Shown here in pieces: positions 1 to 18,827 of a stretch of DNA of 61,135 nt (the stretch's first letter is position 1; the number at the start of each line of letters is the position of its first letter). The notes under the pieces were generated by a model, which did not search any database, had not been told where the DNA came from, and saw nothing but the letters and a program-made list of their open reading frames with translations. The DNA lies in assembly GCA_002269645.1 (NCBI GenBank), contig NIVC01004086.1, positions 1 through 61,135 of the forward strand, written 5' to 3'. A program made the position numbers and the translations under genes. This DNA is from Macrostomum lignano. Taxonomy: Eukaryota.

Positions 1-429
1 ATACCGAATGATTTTCCATCTGAAAATGCAATACGTATAGTATGAAGTTTACATGTAGTATTACTTATCACTGATATTGTAAGCTAATTGCCGTCTTTCA
101 ATAGTGACTGCAGCACCTGTAACCCAGACATGATCAATACCTGTGCACTTGTAGCATGTACGCAAAGTATTGTTCAAATTTGTTGCTACGAGCATACTGC
201 TGCCTTATTAATACTGCTGCTGCTGTGACTTTCATTCAATTCAAAATATATTGCGCAGTCAATGCTATTATTAGTATTATTATTATTATAATGTCTTCAC
301 AAGATAATGATTAAATTGGAAGTTTCGAATTTTTTTAATATTACGCTCATATTAGCTAGTTGCCAGAATGTTAGCGAATAATGATGTCTGTAAGTTTAGG
401 TACTGCCAGGAATCCTACACAATACCATA

Positions 430-736
430 GATACTAGAGTAACTAGGCCACTCAGCACATTTGCGTGCAAGCTACTCGTACTTTCAGTTCAAGTAGTAAG
501 TTAAACAGAAAGCATTTTAATGTATTTTTAAAGCCAAGGCTCATTTATTGGCTCTTACCACCAGCTTAAACCCTCCAACGCGCCTTTCCACACTACCCCC
601 CGCCCCGCCCCAATTTTTATTGCCTTTCTCGAATTCCAGCCTAAAAGCTGCATGTACATTTCAGTGGACTGGCTAATGTACATTACTGCAGAACCAATTA
701 GCAAGTTGTTTACGCCTGCAAGATTGGGCTTCTAAA
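430..736. repeat. ~305-bp dispersed repeat, copy A (inverted relative to copy B at 20583-20888)
   Basis: The reverse complement aligns along its whole length with 20583-20888 (e.g. gctaatgtacattactgcagaaccaattagcaagttgtttacgcctgcaag), with small indels and substitutions. Confidence 0.9.
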
Positions 737-1271
737 CTTATCAAAGTCATTTCAGCTGCTTTTTTTTATATATTTTTCTTTGCTACTGAACTGAAAGTAT
801 CAGTCAATCTTTTTATTTACACACAACAGATAAAATTTCCAAAGGCAAACAAAACCTACTGCCTAAAATACTATGATTTTTAACCAAACCTTGAAGATTT
901 TCAGCATTGAAAATGATATAATGAAAATATTACGCGTATATAATGTACCCACGCTTCCAGTAAGCCTTGAAATCTCAGCATTCCCCCCGTCCGTAAGCGT
1001 TTCGCCAGGGTGCCCACAGCCCTCGTGCAAATATGCATTTATGCATGTGTTAAATAACTATTTTGATGCGCCTAAAACTGTATAAATTTCGAGGTGGAGC
1101 AGGCAAAACAAACAAAAAAGCATTTTACAAACTGTTAGATCTACCAACAAGCGTCTTAAAAAATCGATATTCTATCTATATGGCTGTCAATAAAATATTG
1201 TAGTTAGCTATTGAAATCTAAGCTTTACTAGATTACCTTAATTATTGTCTCCCGTTCGCCCAACCCAGGCA

Positions 1272-3632
1272 TTGTTACCCCCAATCTTGCGTCGCGTGCT
1301 GTTGAAACGGCGCTTATTGGCGCGCTGCTTGGCTCTGACCGCTCTGATTGGCTGCATAATCTGGCTCGCTGGCTAGCTTTCCCAGCCTCCTCCTCCTCCT
1401 AGCCAATCGGAGACGCCGGCTGCCCAGGCGAAGGAGATGGTTGTTTCCAGTCTTACCCCGGCAGCCAATCAGAATGGGCCGTCGCTGCCCAACTATCGTG
1501 TGCACATATTTTATTACGCCTGGTACGGCGAGCCCGGCACTGATGGCGCCTGGCTGCACTGGAATCACAGCCGCCTGCCGCACTGGAACGCTGAACGGGC
1601 GCGAAAATTTAGCCAAGCCGGCCATACGCCACCTGGCGACATTGGCGCCAATTTCTACCGGAACTGGTCCCTATTCTAGCGCCAATATCAGTGTTGTACG
1701 CCGCCACTTTGCCCAGATCAGACGTCGGGCGCTGGTACTGTGGTTGTGTCCTGGTATCCGCCCGGCATGGCGGATGGCAATGGTCGACCGGTTGATCGGC
1801 TGGTTCCAATGCTGCTGTCGGCTGCTCGGAATTCCAATTGCGCTTGGCTCTGCATATTGAACCCTATGCGGGCAGGTCGCCTGCTAATCTGCGCCGTCAT
1901 CTGCGCTACATAGCCGCTACTCATGCCAGGTTTGTAAATCAATATTATCTTATACAGGTAACATGACCTATTTTCACCGGTTCACAGAGGATTCTGGATT
2001 GATGGGGCGGGCAGACAAGCGCGCCACTGCTTGCTGGGTGCTTGCTTCTGAATAGCAACATCTTTTTTAGTCATATTCTTGCATAGATTCCCTACTCACC
2101 TACTTAATATCGCCAGATCAGTAGTATAAAGCGCTAATGTTATTTATTTATTGCATCCAGGCATCCGGCTTTCTATCGAGAACGGACCGCGACGGTCGCT
2201 GGCTGCCGGTGCACTATATCTACGATAGCTATCGGATTCCGCGCAGTCTCTGGCGCCCGCTGCTACTTGGCGGCGGTCTCGGCGGATCTGCCAGCATCCG
2301 CGGCAAGTCAGAGGACGCCCTGATGTTCGGCTTGGCTATGTCGATTGGCGATTGTCAAACAATTAAAGAGAGCGGCTTCGATGGAGCGTATACTTATTTT
2401 GCTGCTGACGGCTTCACGCAGGCTTCTACTAGGTTAGGGTGTTGTGGAAAATGTTTTGCAGTCTAAATATTTGATTTATTTACTAAATCAAATGTGTCTA
2501 TTCGGATTAGGGAGTTAAAATAGTTTCTAAAATGGCACAATGTCAGGGTATCCAGAGGGGCGGCATCAGGGTGGCATCAGAGGGCGGCAGCAGGGCCGGC
2601 GGAGGGCCGGCATCAGGGCCGGCATCAGGGCCGGCATCAGGGCCGGCATCAGGGCCGGCATCAGGGGCGGCAGCAGGGGCGGCGGAGGGCCGGTATCAGG
2701 GGCGGCGGAGGGCGGCATCAGGGCCGGCATCAGGGGCGGCGGAGGGCCGGCATCAGGGAAGGCATCAGGGGCGGCGGAGGGCGGCATCAGGGCCGGCATC
2801 AGGGGCGGCAGCAGGGGCGGCGGAGGGCCGGCATCAGGGGTGGCATCAGGGGCGCAGCAGGGGCGGCGGAGGGCCGGCATCAGGGCCGGCATCAGGGCGG
2901 CAGCAGGGCGGCGGAGGGCCGGCATCAGGGGCGGCGGAGGGGCGGCATCAGGGGTGGCATCAGGGGCGGCGGAGGGGCGGCATCAGGGGTGGCATCAGGG
3001 CCGGCATCAGGGGCGGCAGCAGGGGCGGCGGAGGGCCGGCAGCAGGGGCGGCGGAGGGGCGGCATCAGGGCCGGCATCAGGGGCTGCGGAGGGCGGCCGC
3101 AGGAGCAACCTACAGCAGCTACATTTGCATTGTACATGTACTTCGTCTACTCCCAGCCTTTCATTGGCTAGCTGTGCACATTGAGTTGCATACTACTAGC
3201 AACAAATATGAAACAATATTTGCACAAATGCCAAAAAAGCTTAAATAATACGTGAATAGTCGTCTTAACTTGTCCAAAAACAGGTCGAACTGGGCCGCGA
3301 TGAGCAGGCAGTGCTCAACCGCGGGAGTCGCATTCGCGCCCAGCATCGGGCCCGGTTACATCGATACGGCTGTGCGGCCCTGGAACGCCGAGAACACCAG
3401 GCAGCGCGAGGGCGGTCGCTACTACACTGATGGCCTTCGCACGGCCATCGCCGCCCGGCCGGTCTTCTTGAGCATCACCAGCTTCAACGAATGGCACGAG
3501 GGCACCCAGATTGAGCCGGCGGCGCCTCGGTACGGCTATCTGGACTATACGCCGCGCAAGCGGGACCACTATTTGGACCTCACTGCCCAGTACGCTGCTC
3601 TGTTTAAACCGGATACGAGTGCAGGCTTGTAA
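1272..3632 (+). pseudogene. MANEA: Glycoprotein endo-alpha-1,2-mannosidase (GH99, MANEA-like). Frameshifted in this sequence: pseudogene or consensus errors
   Basis: Exons ~1272-1929, 2161-2432, 3284-3632 with GT-AG introns, both phase 2. Family motifs: HIFYYAWYG, WLHWNH, PPGDIGANFY, SWYPP, LHIEPY, HPAFYR, YIYDSY, GFDGAYTYFAADGFT, SIGPGYIDTAVRPWN, SITSFNEWHEGTQIE. N-terminal hydrophobic anchor LALTALIGCIIWLAG. Continuity needs single-base deletions restored near 1658, 1667, 1724, 1839 and 2189, and TAG at 1374-1376 is in frame. Confidence 0.9.
2555..3100. repeat. GC-rich minisatellite (GGCATCAGG/GGCGGCGGAGG modules) in MANEA intron 2
   Basis: Tandem modules are directly visible and lie between the donor at 2433 and the acceptor at 3283. 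They explain the spurious ORFs at 2532-3248. Confidence 0.9.
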
Positions 3633-3794
3633 ATATCTGTGTTTGAGTTACTGTATGCAACCCTATTAGCGATCTTTAATGCGATCTAGTCTAATTTTAA
3701 TAAATACCTTTCCTGTTGATTCATATACGCAATTTGAAATTATATCAATATGAATTTACATTTTATTATTTATATCAGCTTGCAACAACAACAA

Positions 3795-4370
3795 AATACA
3801 CCCCGCGCCGGCCACGAGTGGTCGCCGAGGGGGGAGGTGTCAGAACACACGCTTTTGGGCTGCACTTTTCAAAAATCCAGCTTCTCCAGTCAGAGTCAGA
3901 ACTGGGGACTCTCGCATCCCTCAGAGGCAGCTGGGGGAAGCGCGTCGTTTGCGTCGAAACGCAGAGCGCAGCATCGCAGAGTGCGCGGGTCCAGCTGCTT
4001 CTCCAGGGCATCCATCAGTGTCCATCAGCTTAAATGTGTTTTTTCCTACTTGCAAGAGGTCGTAGGTCAGTATCCGAAAATACATGTAGCTCGGTAACGA
4101 CTCTCAAAGTGCGGATGGAGCCGATGTAGACCGCACCGAATGCGCGCCTGTCCTCGCTGGTTATCAAAAGCATCAGCAGCAGCAGCAGCAGCATTCCCCC
4201 CTCGACCTTGACGACGCGAACTCGGTCTGCCGTTTTCTCCGGAAGGTGGGGTGCCCTCAGGACCGCCCAGTCCCCGGCGTCGCGGGAGCTGTGTAGAAGA
4301 AGAAGCAGCATTTCCCGTACCAGCTGTGCAGTGTGTGGGCTTCGGTCTTCTGCACCGATCTAGCAGCTAT
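3795..4370. other. Unassigned GC-rich island with possible coding exons
   Basis: GC-rich with a CAG tract in AT-rich surroundings. Several plausible frames exist (e.g. + 4090-4296 LGNDSQ...HQQQQQQHSPLDLDDANSVCRFLRKVG) but no family is recognised. Confidence 0.25.
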
Positions 4371-6442
4371 AGACAGCAAATTTTCACTGAAACGCTGCAG
4401 GTCGACTTGCTACAGTTTGCATTAGAAATTTCAATTAAAAAGAGATATCAAAATATGTAGAATTTGCCAGCATTATATAATCACGGAATGCACTATAGTT
4501 TAATGGTGTTTCTTGGCATTCACAACAAAAAATAAAAAACGTTAAAGTGACTTTATATTATTATGACTCATTATCAATCTTCTACCAGTGTAATGCCCAG
4601 TCAGACAGGTGCCTGGATTTACAAGTAGCTTAAAAAGAACCTCAGAAAGAGTTTCTATTTGATTGCATAATTGAACCGTAGCGATCAATCAGATACATGT
4701 AATTTGGAGACAACTGCAGTTTTCATTAGAGACAATCTACGGAACGGTCAAAAGTTATTCGTTTTTTCAGCAGTTGTGATTATAAATATACTATATGGAG
4801 ACTAAAATGCTTTATTCTTGAACTGCCCCCCCAGCTAGTCAGGTCAGCAATAGGTCATTGTATGGGTCATTCTCAAACACTTAGAGCTAGTATTTTTTAT
4901 GCATTTGTTATTTGTAACTTGTATTAATTTCTCTGTAAAAACTCAAAAAATAAAGTATTATTGTTATATGATCAGCTTGAATTATAGCGACAGATATACG
5001 CAATGTACATTGCGTATGTTCCTCCTACTTAACTGAGGATTAAATTCATAAAATACTAAAGATAATACATTTAGGAAATAATTCTGATGTACCATGCAAA
5101 CTCTACCATTACTAGGCTTGTCATCATGCACTGCCTTTAAAGATAGGGCTATACATACATTTATTCCCACCTGCTGCAGCAGTCTGTTGGGGGGGATTTT
5201 GTTTAGTTGTCAAGTCAGGGCTGGGCTTGTGTGCATATATCCTGGCGACTTTAAGCGGGTGTCGCACAACTGGCGATAGAGGCGTTATCTGCAGATCTGT
5301 AGACGTCAACATGCAGATTCGATGATCATATTAGATACGTGCACAGTCATGCATGTACGCACAGGGACTTTACACTGTGTGCCTTGTAAAGTCCCCAGTG
5401 TCCCCGCCGGGAAATTTGAGGGTTGTGTGACCTTTCTGTGTGAGCTCTTTAAGCGCACACATTAGAACTTTAATCAGGAATCATATGGCATGAATGACAC
5501 GCAAGCTCACACAGAAAGCTCACGGTGCACGGCCGTCAAGTTTTCCAGACAGCTATGCGCCCCTGAAAATTTAGTAAAAATTTTGGTGTAACATAACAAA
5601 ACATAAAAAATGCAGGCCTATTTTCGTCAAACCATGACTTTAAATGAATTAATCAGCATTTTTTATGTTTAAGTTAAAAAAATTCGAACAAATAAGTCAA
5701 TGTTATTATTTTTATATTTCTGCATATAATTCAAAGCTAAACATTGCTGAATATATGCGCGCGAAGCTCTGGCAATTGGCAACCAACTACAACTGCTGTT
5801 CGCTCAAATTCACAGAACAAAAGCTTTTTACAAGCTTTAAGCTTTAGAAGATTTAATAAACCTATAATAAGATATATAAAAATCCAGGAATGAGATAAAG
5901 TAACATCTACGCACTGCTGACTGCTGCATTTGTTCAATAGTACAACTAGGCGTAACTAAGCGGGTCTACATCTAAACCTAAGTTGCCTGTTGCCTGACTA
6001 AGCTAACTAGGCTAGGTGCGGTAATTTAGGTCTAATGTATGACCGCATCATGTTAAGTTTTTTGTGAACAATATATATATTAAAATGCTAGTTTTACATG
6101 CTATGATAGCTATGATAGTAATCTGACACTTCTAGAATAGTATGAAAAATGTATATTAGGATAGGAAGTAGGCCACTGTAGGGGTATTTTCGAGATTATC
6201 GAGATGTAAGATGTATACTTTCAAGATAATCAGGATTCAATCAAGATTCGAGATTAAGCCTAATTAGCATCTAATATTTACACTATTCTATCTATTATTG
6301 CTAATATTTTTATTTGTTAAATGTGTAGGCCTAGTGTACAACAATAATGATAGAAGGAAAAACAATTATTATATAATATTGAACTTGCTAGTAACTTGAT
6401 ATATGTCAAATATGAGGGTTGTTCGGAAAGTCCGCAATCAAA

Positions 6443-7841
6443 TAGAGATGGACCGAAAGCAGAATTTCAATCAAAATCGAAATCGAAATGTTTTAAGTAT
6501 TATTGAATTTATATAGTTTTTAGTATAATAAATTAAATTAACTTAACCTTCCGATTAAATTTGTTATGTGGCTGAACACGTACTTAAATTTGAATGTTGA
6601 ATTTTCCAGAAAAGAATTTCAAGGATCTTAAAGACTACATACAAGTAAAAGGCAAATTAGAGTATTCGTAATCTTAATTCGTCAAGGAATTGTTTAACAT
6701 ATTTAACAATTAAGATATACGAAACAACATTATGGCATTGAATCGATGAGTGTATTATTAAACATTTGGTGGAAACCTATTGTTAGTACATAAATAAGAA
6801 AGTTTACATGTAAAAATAAGAAGGAATTGTACATGTAATGTAACTGTACATGTGCATGTAACTGCAGCATTGTCGTATGTACACGCGGTTATAATTGTAG
6901 CTATTGCACTGTAGTTATAATTCATGCATAAAAGAGTTTTTTGGTCGACAGTCTGAACTTGAAAGTGAAAGACACTTAATTGCTAAATTTCAATATTTAA
7001 ATTTCCATCGACAAATAATAGCATTTGCGCCGTCTCCGGTGAAAGTCGATTTCTCTTTTCCGTAACGATGAGACTTTCTGCACTGAAGAGCCACTCTGAA
7101 TCGGCGCTGGATGGCGGCACAGCAAGGAACCTCCAAGCTACTTTGGCTAGTAGCGGATACTTAAAGCGGTTCACCGACCACCAGCGCAGCGTGTTGGCCA
7201 TCTGCATTTTTGCGTCTCGAGGCCTGGACAGAGGCGCTTCACTAGTGTAGCGATGCAGCTCATCAGCTGCAGAAACTTGCGACTGGCACCTCAACTTGGG
7301 TCAGCTGTGCCCCCTATAGGAAAAAGTTGTAAATCCGCGGACGGCGTCCGGCGCACTTTTGAAATTTTTCTAAAGCGCGGCGCGCGCACAGGCGCGCAGC
7401 GCCTGCGCGGCGTGCGCGCGCTGCCTTTTCTTGCTGGCTGCTGCTCTAGCAAATACATATGCATGGAAAGGGGTCATCTAATACCTCTGTGGAAGGGGCC
7501 TATACACTTATAATTTATAAAGCTTAGAGATGTTCCGAAATTTCAATTTGAATTTTCCAAAATTAGAATTTTTATTAAGAGCAAATTTCAATTTCGAATA
7601 AAATTAGAAGTCAAAATTTGGAAGCTAAAATCGAAAAGTCAAAAATCGCTAAAAAAGCAGTAATTTCTGCTACATCTACGTGTATTTCATTTTGCATAAG
7701 CAGTAAATCGAATGTAAAAAGTGAGTATTGGTCATACTAAACTTTGTTTTTCTGCGTGTTGATTTCGGAAAATTTCAATTTTGAGTTTGGAAAGTTAACG
7801 AATTTTGATTTCGAGGAAACTGCTCTTTCGGGACATCTCTA
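6443..7841 (-). mobile_element. Defective hAT DNA transposon with C-terminal dimerisation-domain remnant
   Basis: Minus-strand 6983-7294 encodes LRWWSVNRFKYPLLAKVAWRFLAVPPSSADSEWLFS...RNRLSPETAQMLLF, matching the hAT dimerisation domain. TIR-like ends TAGAGATGGACCGAAAG (6443) and CTTTCGGGACATCTCTA (7825-7841). No 8-bp TSD found. Confidence 0.8.
7525..7841. mobile_element. hAT-type MITE-like unit (317 bp)
   Basis: TAGAGATGTTCCGAAA at 7525 matches the reverse complement of TTTCGGGACATCTCTA ending at 7841 at 15/16 positions. AT-rich interior. Flanks ATAAAGCT/ATTATCCT match at only 5/8. Confidence 0.55.
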
Positions 7842-8840
7842 ATTATCCTAAAGCGCGGGAAAATAATTTGACTCTATTCTAAAGCGCGCGTCCGCGGGTT
7901 TTCAACATTTATTCCAATAGGGGCTGTGCCCCACAGGACCGGACCAATCGTCAAAGGCTTCAAGGTTGAAGGCACTATGATCAGCAGCAGAAAAAATGGC
8001 TGAGTAGCTCGGAGCATCAGCTATGACAGTCTCGACGCTGTCATCTGCTGGGCTGCTTTTGCCGGCTGCACAAAGAACTGCTTCGTGAGCACAAAGCACA
8101 CTGGCCGGGTCTCCCTGGAATCCAAGGTCACGATTATCCAAGGTTAATCGCAAATAAATTTAATTTCTTTTTTTGAAAAAATGTATTTTGTCTACTAGCA
8201 GACAAAAAGCAATTGACAAAATGATTGTACACCCCCATGGTAAAGGCCTAACCTACACTAGAAAAAATACTAAAATCTTTTGTTTATGGTTGGTGCCATG
8301 TGCCTAAACTCAAAGCAGTTTTATGTAGCATAATATTTTAACCAATAAATTTCATATTGTAAAAATATAAAATGCATATATAGCTTTAAAAGAAATAAAA
8401 TTTATATATTAAAGATAAAAATTTAAATTTAGATATAAAGACTTTAAAGAACTGCTTTTTCTAAGTTATAGTTTTTTATAAACTATAATTTGTAAATCTT
8501 AGTGAATTATTATTTGTTTTATATATTTTTGTTTTTTATTTTTGCTAGGTATGTTAAATTTTTGTTAAGTCTTAGTCTTGGGCTTCCTTGTTTAGGCTAG
8601 TTTAGACTTAAAGAATGCCATTTGCATATAATCCAATACTCTAAAAATAATTAGCCCCTATAAGGAAATATCCTTCTAAAGCAATTAGAAAAGTCAAAAT
8701 GTCAAATTTACCCATGAAGCAATGAAACAACAACCAGACACACATTCCAATTTTCAACAATGAATCTTTTACCAATGGGTATTTGGATACAAAAATAGGA
8801 GAAACTCTGTCTTACATGCAACACAAAACTTGAGCAGGAG

Positions 8841-10227
8841 TAATGTAGCCTCCGCCATATACAATAACTTGGCCCAAGTGGGTGATAAGCTTGTCCTGTT
8901 CCTTTCAAAACATGGATTCTTCTGTCCATCTCAGACATTGTAGAGCCGCTTCTTTAACCATTGCTAGGTCTTGAAAATGCACCTGGCATAGGCTGTTCTT
9001 GACATGGTTGTTCAGCCAGCAGTTGCACAAATTCAAATCAGGGGAGTAAAGTGGCTGATGAAAGGTCTTCACTTGTTGCTTTGCAAAGAAGTCAGGACAA
9101 TGGATTCTATAGATTTGTAGTGGGTATCTCGGTCTTTGCAGAAATCTCTTGCACAATGATGTGTGGATCATCGCTAACAAGTGTTGTGTTGTGCACTTTT
9201 ACAGTGCCTGTGTACCTGCCTCCCAGCCGGCTGAGTCACCCCTCAACTAGTTGTTTACAGTACTTTTTGTTATTCCCCCCTCTGCGTTGCCATAGCCAGA
9301 GGCTTAAGTTGGTATGAGTTTTGGCATTTGTTTGCTCACCCTGCGTGGCGATTGGTTGCAGCCAGCCAGTCACATAGTGATTGGCTGGGCCAGTGGCAGG
9401 CATGGTGCTGCGATCCCCTGGGGGTTGGTGGGGTGGTGGAGTTGAGAGCGCGTGGCCCTCCCCCTCTGTGGGCGTGTGCTATTTAACATTGCTCGCGGCA
9501 GGTTGGAGTGGTGCGCGTCTTGACTGTCCTCTCTCTGTGAACTCGGCTTTTCGTCAGAGCTATATATAGCCCAAGTTACGATTGGACCCCTTGATAAAGA
9601 AATATACTGAAAAAGGCCATCTACCTAAGCCCTGAACAACAGCCGCCAGCTAAGTAAGTGCACGTCCTGTCTTCTTTCTTTTGGTTGCCTAGGGGGGCAG
9701 AGAGTCTGTGTGTCCAGATGCCAACTCAGCTAGTTGGGGTTGATATGTCAGAAGGATACCTACCATATGCCTCTATGCCTCTACGCCAGCCAGTGCGTCC
9801 CAATGCCTCACTAAAGGCGGCCTGCACCACTGCGTCCCAACGTGTGGGAAGACTGCGTGGGTGCGTCCTGATGCCCCAGACTGTCAGGGGAAGTGCTCGC
9901 CCTAGTGCCTGCGCGCAGGCTTAGCAAGGACCTGATTGTACTGTACCCTGTAGGACCACCCTACTGCTGGGCCGGGGGCTGCAGGGATACAACATCAAAA
10001 TTTCCTGCGACCTGTCATCCCCACTTGCAAAAGCAGGCCAGCCACATCAGGCAGGTCTTCAAATGATGTCTGTCTTACAGATTTAAAGTCAGCCAGCCAG
10101 TTTTTGACAGTGGCATAGCATGGCGCCTGATCATTCCAAATCTGACTTAGCACACAGTAAATTTCAACAGCATTCTTGCTGTCCTGTGTAAGCAAAAAAC
10201 CAGGCCTTCTCCTTATTGTGACTCATT
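8841..10227 (-). mobile_element. Decayed mariner (Tc1/mariner) transposase, internally deleted and interrupted
   Basis: N-terminal HTH-like KNAVEIYCVLSQIWNDQAPCYATVKNWLADFKSVRQTSFEDLP (9995-10195); second HTH-like VHNTTLVSDDPHIIVQEISAKTEI (~9125-9200); C-terminal PLYSPDLNLCNCWL...VKEAALQCL (8905-9110) with the mariner YSPDL motif. The DD part of the catalytic core is missing. Confidence 0.85.
9205..9991. mobile_element. Solo-LTR-like insertion (787 bp) inside the mariner remnant
   Basis: Begins TG (9205) and ends CA (9991), flanked by ACAG/ACAT (3/4 match). TATA-like TATATATAG near 9561. Removing it restores a continuous mariner frame (…NFDVKVHNTTLVSDD…). Confidence 0.5.
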
Positions 10228-11714
10228 TCAGTATTTCACAATCATTTCATCTATAGAAAAGTATAGCAGGCAACTCAGAAACAGAAAGACAACTACTAAC
10301 TTTAGGCACCAGTAAAAATGCTTTTAAACCACGGCTCTGGTTAGAGTTTGTGACCATAGATAACTAGGTTGAAGTACCCATTGCACTGCAGAAGCTAGGC
10401 TTAACATTCTGCCTGATAAACTCTTTTAAGTATTTGACTGAAAGCCCAAACTTTACGTAGCTGCTTGGCCCATATACATGTGCATGTGTATATTTTTTCA
10501 TTCATTTATATACCACAGTTTAGAAGTTACTACAGGGGGCTAATTACTTTTGGAACACCATATTATATATATAGTCATAGGTTAGAATCACAGCTAGTTG
10601 CAATTTGCAAGTACATTGCTCTTTTGTAATAGAGTATTAATTAGGATGCTTTGAAGGATATCCAAATATACTAAAATGGTATTTATTGTACCTATATCAT
10701 GATTTAATAGGTATATATGTATATGTAGCCTATAAAATTACATTGGCCATGTAGCTTTGTTTGATTATAAATAAAACTTAGTTTTATAATTCACTTAAAA
10801 AAATCTAAAAGTTGTCAAAAATGGTCAATTTTACAACTTGCCCTTGGTCTGCCACAATTTGTGCTTGCTAGATATATCATATATATGTTTATTTTTTTTA
10901 TTCTTATATAATTATAGTTTTTGCACTTTTATTTTTTCTACATTAAGCTTTAGACATAACAAAGCAAGCCATTTAGCATGCTCAGACCCAACTCATGAAT
11001 TAATTATGTGAAAAATTGTCTAAAAAAGCTCTACTTATTTGTCATTTACTATGCAATGTTACAACTTAAAAATATTTCAATGTGTCCAGAAGTATCCCAG
11101 ACTAAAATATAGGATTATTCCTTTATTTGTTTTTTGGTCTACCTGCAAACTAATCATACATGTGCAACACCCAGCTGATCCAGCTGACTGGCAAGGGGCC
11201 CACCCAAGGTAAGTTGCAAAATGCCCACCCAAGTACTAAGTAGATGACGAGGAATTTAGCCTTAATAATACAGTCATATTTACTCCTGCCGTTTATATAA
11301 AATTACGTTAATTTTGCTTAGGTTTCTTTCATAACTAAGTCGCATTTTTTGGTCAAAAAGTCGCATGGTGGTATAAATCAAGGGCGGTTGCACATGTATG
11401 GAACTAATGAACTAAATTAAATTTTATATTATAGCTAACTAAATACTTATTATCTTTAATAACTTCTCTCCCGTTTCTGCTGTTTTTCTTCTCCTAATTA
11501 AACAACAGACCATAAAAAACGGATCGCCTAAAGGAGAATCAGCGGCAGTTAATGCAGGGAGGCCAGGCGTGGAACAGGTAGCCAGCAGTAGCAGTGAGGT
11601 AGATAGGCAGCAGACTAATCAGCAAGCAAAGTTAACAGCCGGGGGAGAGAACCGGTAACGTCTAAAATCTAAACAGGATAAGGCAACATTAAAGCATCAA
11701 TCTCGAGGGGCTAA

Positions 11715-18361
<6,647 letters not shown>

Positions 18362-18827
18362 TGAAGCTGCTGTCTGATCTTTGTTGTCGCTCTGAGTTTT
18401 TTATCTTTGTTTTTGACAAAAAATAGAAAAAAGAACGATTGGAAAAAATTACGCTTTTATTAATACTACTATTTGAGTAGTATAGGCTGTCTCGTGTGTG
18501 TGCGTGTATTTATGAAATATTTATTTCCGCACACGAACTGTAGCAACAATATATAATCGCATGTATGTTAAAAACCCGTTTATCCGGCTTGAAAGTTTTT
18601 TGTAACTCTGCGCTTCACTTACCCTCACTAGCGCTCATGATTATAATTGCGGTCTAACTAATGCGTAGAGAAGCATTGCATAGCCATATTTTTGGTCATT
18701 TGTACAATCGAAATGCACAGGAAAATAACAGACTTCTTTTTGCATCTTTAGCGCTTTCTATTACACTTGCCTGCTCATGTCCTGTCCTGCGTGCTGATTG
18801 GCTTTAAACAGCTTTGTGTATTTTGGA

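Noticed and set aside
7902-8153. 83-aa ORF as a pogo-type transposase acidic tail
   Set aside because: Only vague similarity and no DDE motif.
6411-10565. Pairing the mariner-like end at 6411 with acttttggaacacc near 10540 as TIRs of one large element
   Set aside because: The match is partial and short, so it could be chance.
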